From a bacterium (GTDB lineage Bacteria > UBA10199 > 2-02-FULL-44-16 > JAAZCA01): a stretch of 64,000 bases of DNA. The translations under genes were made by a program, and so were the position numbers. The notes beneath the pieces are model-generated. The model did not search any database. It saw only the letters and a program-made list of their open reading frames with translations, and had not been told where the DNA came from. Positions 58,898 through 64,000 of this stretch are shown one piece after another. The stretch is taken from assembly GCA_963674695.2 (NCBI GenBank), contig CAXXGI010000003.1:416001-480000 (forward strand), read 5' to 3'. How positions within the stretch are numbered: position 1 is the first letter of the stretch; the number at the start of each line of letters is the position of its first letter.

Positions 58898-61099
58898 ATG
58901 ATGATCATGAAGCATATCCAAAATCGGAAACCCCTCTTTCTTTATGCGGGAAGTGTAATTGGCGCTACGGTCATTCTGCTGGCCCTCATCATCTGTGAAG
59001 AGTTCCTTTTTTTGGGTCGGTTTCAAGCGGGATCAATCCTCTGTGGAGCGGAGGTTGTATTCTCCCTCTTCACATCAGCCTTTCTCTTTTTCTCATTGCA
59101 TCGAAAAGGCTTCACGAACAGCAAGCGAAATGCGATCGTTTCCCTTGCTCCTTTCTTTTGTTTCCTCGGCATGGCGGATGGTTTTTATTGTTATCGGTAT
59201 TATCTGCACCACTATTCCAATAAGACGGTCGCTTCGTTTCTCCTTGTGACCGTTCCTTATACGCTGTCCTATTTGATGGGGGCGGTGGCCATTATTCTGC
59301 ATGATCCACGCATCTTTAAAAAGTCGATCAAGACGCCATTTGTTTTTATCCCTGTTGCCCTGACCATTCCAGTGTTTCTTCATTGTGCCCATGCTACATT
59401 CCAGGCGAACAATTACAGTCTTCGCGACTTTGGGTTATTGCTCAACACGATAACGTCGTTCATCTTTATTGTTACCTGTATCATCAACCTTCTTGTCAAC
59501 AGGGGAGTACGATGGGCGGTCTTCTGTATCGGCGGCATGACGCTGATTATCGTCAACTGGTCCTTGGGGACAGAATTGATGCAAGGGGCAGAATATCACT
59601 TTGGATATTACGAATATTTCTGGTCATTCGGTGTTTTTCTCTGTGTGATGTCCGCGATATGGTTTCAATCGGAATCGTTGGAAGCTGATGCTGATGATGA
59701 CAGCATTATTCCACAAATGAGAGTAATCGTGTTTGCAGTTATTACCTTCTTTGTCCTCGGTATGGCCATTATTCACCGGTTCCATTTTTCTGCTGTCAAA
59801 ATGATTTCGCTGGGAATAACAATTGGGAGCATCGCTGCGGTCTATGCGGGCGAGATACTGGCGGAGCGTATTGCACATTATTCGTCGCTTATGGGGAGGT
59901 TCGTCAGAGGGAATGCTCATGCGGAGCATTGCGACGATGAGATTAGGGCGATTCCGGTGGAATTGCGCGAGGTATATGAGACGACGTTTCGAGGACAGCT
60001 CGAAATGGAGCGTGTGAAGAGGCAGTCGGAGATGCATATGCAGCAACTTGGAGCGCATGTGGCTCATGATATCCGAAGTCCGATATCTGTTCTCAAGGCG
60101 TTTGTTCAATATGCGTCTGAAACGAATTCTCCCGTAGAGGAAGAGTTTGTCGCGTCGGCGAGAAGGAGTGTTGAAAGAATAGTGAGCATGGCAGGGCAGA
60201 TTCTCGATTATTCAAAGGCTACACATATTTCTCATACAAGTGTCAGGATTGGATCGCTGATAGGCTGCGTGATATCCGATGTAAACGCCTCGAGGAAGAG
60301 TAATATCATCAATTGTGCGTATGATGATATGGAGGCATCTGTCCGTCTGGATCACGGTAAAATGGAAAGGGTGCTCGTAAATATCATTGATAATGCATTG
60401 TCCGCTGTCGATGCTGAAGGAGGGACTGTTCATATCGATACGCGCGTGCGTGATGATGGGCATCTCTCCCTTCGTATTATGGATAACGGACGAGGGATTG
60501 AAGCAAGTCACATGGATAAAGTATTTGATCAGTACTTTACGTATGGGAAAAAACACGGCACCGGGCTTGGGCTGGCGTATTGTAAGCAGGTGGTCGAGGC
60601 ACATGGAGGGACGATTGCGGTGGCCAGCGAGGTAGGGAAGGGGACGACGTTCACGATTCATATCCCGAACTGTGTCGTATCGGGCCGGGAGCGGGACGAT
60701 CGCGTCACGACGAGGGCCGATGTGGTGAGCATCAATGTGAGCCAGAAGAACATCCTCATCGCCGATGACGATGCGGATATCCGCCGACAGTGGAAGCGCA
60801 TCGTCGACGCCCAAGGAGGCTCGATCATCTGTTCGGCCGGGAGCGCCGAAGAGGTGCAGGCGCGAAGCGATATCGATTATGCCGGGATCGACACCGCGAT
60901 CGTCGATTACAACTACGAAGGGTATGCCCTCAACGGTGTGGACCTGGTGGCCTATCTCAAGGGCAAGGGCGTGCGAAATGTCCATCTCTGTACCGGTTTT
61001 CACGACGACGAAGAGATCCGTCGCCGCGCCAAGGAGGCGGGCGCCGATTCCGTTATCCCTAAGCCGATCGACGAGGGGACTGTATCTCGGATGATTTAG
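58898..61099 (+). CDS. Multi-TM hybrid histidine kinase (HisKA-HATPase-REC)
   Basis: About 9 TM, VAHDIRSP, NIIDNA, DNGRGI, GTGLGL, LIADDD...IVD...PKP. Confidence 0.9.
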   Translation: MMIMKHIQNRKPLFLYAGSVIGATVILLALIICEEFLFLGRFQAGSILCGAEVVFSLFTSAFLFFSLHRKGFTNSKRNAIVSLAPFFCFLGMADGFYCYRYYLHHYSNKTVASFLLVTVPYTLSYLMGAVAIILHDPRIFKKSIKTPFVFIPVALTIPVFLHCAHATFQANNYSLRDFGLLLNTITSFIFIVTCIINLLVNRGVRWAVFCIGGMTLIIVNWSLGTELMQGAEYHFGYYEYFWSFGVFLCVMSAIWFQSESLEADADDDSIIPQMRVIVFAVITFFVLGMAIIHRFHFSAVKMISLGITIGSIAAVYAGEILAERIAHYSSLMGRFVRGNAHAEHCDDEIRAIPVELREVYETTFRGQLEMERVKRQSEMHMQQLGAHVAHDIRSPISVLKAFVQYASETNSPVEEEFVASARRSVERIVSMAGQILDYSKATHISHTSVRIGSLIGCVISDVNASRKSNIINCAYDDMEASVRLDHGKMERVLVNIIDNALSAVDAEGGTVHIDTRVRDDGHLSLRIMDNGRGIEASHMDKVFDQYFTYGKKHGTGLGLAYCKQVVEAHGGTIAVASEVGKGTTFTIHIPNCVVSGRERDDRVTTRADVVSINVSQKNILIADDDADIRRQWKRIVDAQGGSIICSAGSAEEVQARSDIDYAGIDTAIVDYNYEGYALNGVDLVAYLKGKGVRNVHLCTGFHDDEEIRRRAKEAGADSVIPKPIDEGTVSRMI

Positions 61100-61128
61100 C
61101 GCGTGCACAACGATGAGGAGATATCTCG

Positions 61129-61938
61129 ATGAATCTAGAATCGATACAATGTGATGCGCTGCCCGATGGATACGAAGACGCGTTTTTCGAATCTCTTTTG
61201 TCGCCGGCTCGGATCGAGCTAGAGCCGTGTGTATGGTATGAGGGGGATGAGGCGTTTCGGATATTTACGACGGTTCCCGATGATGTGATCACGGCGGAAT
61301 CGGTTCGTTTCTTTCGAAATCTTCAGGAAGGGCGGGAAAAACAAAAGATCATCAGCTTCTTTGCAAATAGGCCCTTGTCTCTGAACGATGAACTCATGCG
61401 AAATGATGACCATGGGTATGTCAAGATAAGCATGATCAAGAACAGTCCATTTGTGTTTAATGAAAAATCGGTGCCTTGCACGGATTATGGTCTTGAAATG
61501 CGCGAGGGGTATCATGCTCCGTATCATGATCAGATTCTGAAATTATTTCCGGAGGACAGACGTTTTGTTGAACGCGATGCTCGGGTCAAGGCGCTCATGG
61601 GTCATGATGCTCGACTTTATCATTCGTTCGCTCAAGAGAGCGAGCATCTCTATTTTGCGAAAGACGAACGACTCATCTCATTGGTTTCAGTGATGCAGAT
61701 GGATCAGTGTGCCTATCACTACGCCTACAAACTGATAAGTCTTATCTGGATAGCGGAGGGCCTCGATGATGGGGTCAAACGGGGAATCATGCGCTCAATC
61801 TTTGATTGGCTCAACCTGCGTAAGGCTCCATTTTCTGGTGGGATCCTTTACGAAAACAAGCGGTCGATAAAATCGGCTGCACGGAACGCATTTGAACCCT
61901 ACTTCTGTCGCTTCATTCCGTGGGGATTGTTCTTCTAG
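61129..61938 (+). CDS. Hypothetical protein with a GNAT-like C-terminus
   Basis: LISLIWI...IMRSIFDWL...GILYENKRSIK resembles GNAT motifs A/B; lower GC. Confidence 0.5.
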   Translation: MNLESIQCDALPDGYEDAFFESLLSPARIELEPCVWYEGDEAFRIFTTVPDDVITAESVRFFRNLQEGREKQKIISFFANRPLSLNDELMRNDDHGYVKISMIKNSPFVFNEKSVPCTDYGLEMREGYHAPYHDQILKLFPEDRRFVERDARVKALMGHDARLYHSFAQESEHLYFAKDERLISLVSVMQMDQCAYHYAYKLISLIWIAEGLDDGVKRGIMRSIFDWLNLRKAPFSGGILYENKRSIKSAARNAFEPYFCRFIPWGLFF

Positions 61939-62090
61939 TCCGGATACGGCGGAGTATTGTGTACGTTCTTTAGAGTCCTTTCCACAAAACCCTGAATTCT
62001 TTCATTGACTTGCGAGGGATGGGCGAGCTAGAAGGGGGCCGCTCGATGACGGGGCCTGACCCGGAAATGCGGTGTACGCGCGAGCCCAAG

Positions 62091-62120
62091 GCCTCCCGAA
62101 TGCAAACGGGGGGCATTTTT
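62091..62120 (+). terminator. Putative attenuator hairpin in the pyrR leader
   Basis: GCCTCCCG...CGGGGGGC-ATTTTT just upstream of the pyrR RBS. Confidence 0.5.
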
Positions 62121-62133
62121 CAAGGAGCCCATC

Positions 62134-62667
62134 ATGTCCACAGCCAACCCCCCGGTTTTGCTCACCCAGGCCGACATGGATGCGGCGCTCATCGACGTGG
62201 CCAAGAAGGTCATCAGTGACGGCACGGAGAATGTGGCGCTCGTGGGCATTCGCACACGCGGCGTGCCGCTGGCCGACTGGCTGGCCAAGAAGATCGAGAT
62301 CATCCAGCACAAGCCGATCGATGTCGGCTGCCTCGACATCAACCTCTATCGCGATGACCTTTCTGAAGTGAGCGACAAGCCCATCGTCAAGCCGCCGCAG
62401 CTGCCGTTTTCCATCGCGGGTAAGGGAATCATCCTCGTCGACGACGTGCTCTACACCGGTCGCACCATTCGTGCCGCCATGGACGCGCTCGTCGATCACG
62501 GCCGGCCGAAGTTCATCCGCCTCATGGTGATGGTCGATCGCGGCTGGCGCGAGCTGCCGATCCAGGCCGACTATGTCGCCAAGGCCGTCACCACGACGGC
62601 CACGCAGAACGTCAAGGTGCGCTTCCAAGAGACCGATGGTGTCAACGAAGTCCTGGTGAAGGGGTGA
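62134..62667 (+). CDS. pyrR: Bifunctional pyr regulator / uracil phosphoribosyltransferase
   Basis: GIRTRG, LYRDD, VDDVLYTGRT, DRG.RELPI. Confidence 0.95.
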   Translation: MSTANPPVLLTQADMDAALIDVAKKVISDGTENVALVGIRTRGVPLADWLAKKIEIIQHKPIDVGCLDINLYRDDLSEVSDKPIVKPPQLPFSIAGKGIILVDDVLYTGRTIRAAMDALVDHGRPKFIRLMVMVDRGWRELPIQADYVAKAVTTTATQNVKVRFQETDGVNEVLVKG

Positions 62668-63662
62668 CGATGTCCAGCGAACTCTATCATGTCCTGCGAT
62701 CCGACCAGTTCGACCGCCCGATGCTCGACGAAATCTATGAGGTCACCAACCGCCTGCGGCAGGTCGCGCGCAGCAAACGCGGCCGCGATTATCTGCGCAC
62801 GCTCATGTCCGACCGGCGCGCCATGCTCTACTTCACGCAACCGTCGACCCGCACCTTTCTCTCCTTCATCAACGCCTGTCAGATCTTGGGCATCGCCACC
62901 TCCGAGATTCGCGATTCCAACACCTCATCCGAGATGAAAGGGGAGACGCCCGAGGACGCCATCCGCACCTTTTCGAGCTATGTCGATCTGATCATCATGC
63001 GCTCGCAGACGGCAGGCTTGGCCGAACGCATCGCGGGGCTGCTCGACAGCACGCCGCGACGCGTGCCGGTGATCAGCGGCGGTTCCGGAAAGGACGAACA
63101 TCCCACGCAGGCGCTGCTCGACGTCTACACGCTCCGGCGCTCCTTCAAGAAGGTGGGCGGTCTCGAGGGCAAACGCGTGGCGATGGTGGGCGATGTCCTG
63201 CGCGGTCGCACCGTGCGATCGCTCGCGCGCCTCATGCGACACTTTGAAGGCGTGGAGATCGTCTTCGTCTCGCCCGAGCAGCTCAAGATTGCCGATGACC
63301 TGCGCAGCTATCTCACCGAGCACAGCGTTCCCTTTCAGGAGACGGACGCGTTCGAGGATGTGCTGCCCGAGGCGGATGCCATCTATATGACGCGCATCCA
63401 GGACGAGCACGATGCGAAGGGGGAGTCCAAGGCAATCGACTACTCGCGCTTCAGCCTCACCTTCGATCACCTCGAACGATTGAAAAAAGATGCGGTCATC
63501 ATGCATCCGTTGCCGCGGCGGCAGGAGATCGACGTGCGCGTCGATGCCGATCCGCGGGCGAAGTACTGGCGCCAGGAGCGCAACGGCATGTGGACGCGCG
63601 TGGCGCTCATCGCGCGCATCTTTGGCGTGCATCGCGACATCACCGAACCGTTCGGAGGGTAG
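62664..63662 (+). CDS. pyrB: Aspartate carbamoyltransferase catalytic subunit
   Basis: PSTRT, KGE, HPTQALLD, YMTRIQ, MHPLPR. Confidence 0.95.
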   Translation: MTMSSELYHVLRSDQFDRPMLDEIYEVTNRLRQVARSKRGRDYLRTLMSDRRAMLYFTQPSTRTFLSFINACQILGIATSEIRDSNTSSEMKGETPEDAIRTFSSYVDLIIMRSQTAGLAERIAGLLDSTPRRVPVISGGSGKDEHPTQALLDVYTLRRSFKKVGGLEGKRVAMVGDVLRGRTVRSLARLMRHFEGVEIVFVSPEQLKIADDLRSYLTEHSVPFQETDAFEDVLPEADAIYMTRIQDEHDAKGESKAIDYSRFSLTFDHLERLKKDAVIMHPLPRRQEIDVRVDADPRAKYWRQERNGMWTRVALIARIFGVHRDITEPFGG

Positions 63663-63665
63663 GGC

Positions 63666-64000
63666 GTGCGCGCAATCTGCAACGGAAACCTCGTCGATCC
63701 GGCAGGCAAGCTGGATGACGTGCGCAATCTCTTCATCGAGGCGGGGCGCATTGCCGAGGTGAGCGAGCGCGAGCCGGATTCCGGCGATGAGATCATCGAC
63801 GCGACCGGCTGTATCGTGACACCCGGGTTTATCGATCTGCATGTCCATCTGCGTGAGCCGGGATTTGAGTATAAGGAAGATATCGAGACGGGTTCGCGCG
63901 CGGCGGCGGCCGGTGGGTATACGACGATGTGTTGCATGCCCAACACCAAGCCCGCCTGTGACAGCGCCGAGATCGTGCGCAGCATCTGCAATCGCGCGCA
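63666..64000 (+). CDS. pyrC: Dihydroorotase (partial, runs off window)
   Basis: Manual translation from GTG 63666: ...[41 protein letters not shown]. Confidence 0.93.
   Translation, partial: MRAICNGNLVDPAGKLDDVRNLFIEAGRIAEVSEREPDSGDEIIDATGCIVTPGFIDLHVHLREPGFEYKEDIETGSRAAAAGGYTTMCCMPNTKPACDSAEIVRSICNRA

Overview
GC-rich (roughly 60%) bacterial chromosomal window. Gene content (argS-SPOR-lepA-lepB, glnA, murB, pyrR-pyrB-pyrC, lipoproteins, an outer-membrane barrel, a GCSL-type C-terminal sorting motif) suggests a diderm deltaproteobacterial-grade organism; this is an inference. Most of it is housekeeping, signalling and proteolysis genes: three histidine kinases, HD-GYP, J-domain-PilZ, M48/M28/M16/S8 peptidases, two arginine decarboxylase systems, agmatinase, LarE/LarB, TreT and a histone-H1-like protein. 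The non-coding DNA is the most structured part. (i) An initiator tRNA-Met is followed by a compound tandem array (3+ x 171 bp, then 4+ x 79 bp) built from the tRNA 3' end, terminator hairpins and sequence antisense to the tRNA 3' half. (ii) Two MITE families each carry a GTCAT-type REP doublet. (iii) A RAYT-type HUH transposase has its own non-palindromic inverted end repeats. (iv) A recurring GCAACTT-N12-GNCGATAA (sigma-28-like) promoter precedes several ORFans, and sigma-54 promoters precede two large acidic surface proteins. (v) Heptamer short tandem repeats sit at gene junctions. No CRISPR, prophage or reverse transcriptase was seen. All family calls come from motif recognition by eye, not database searches.
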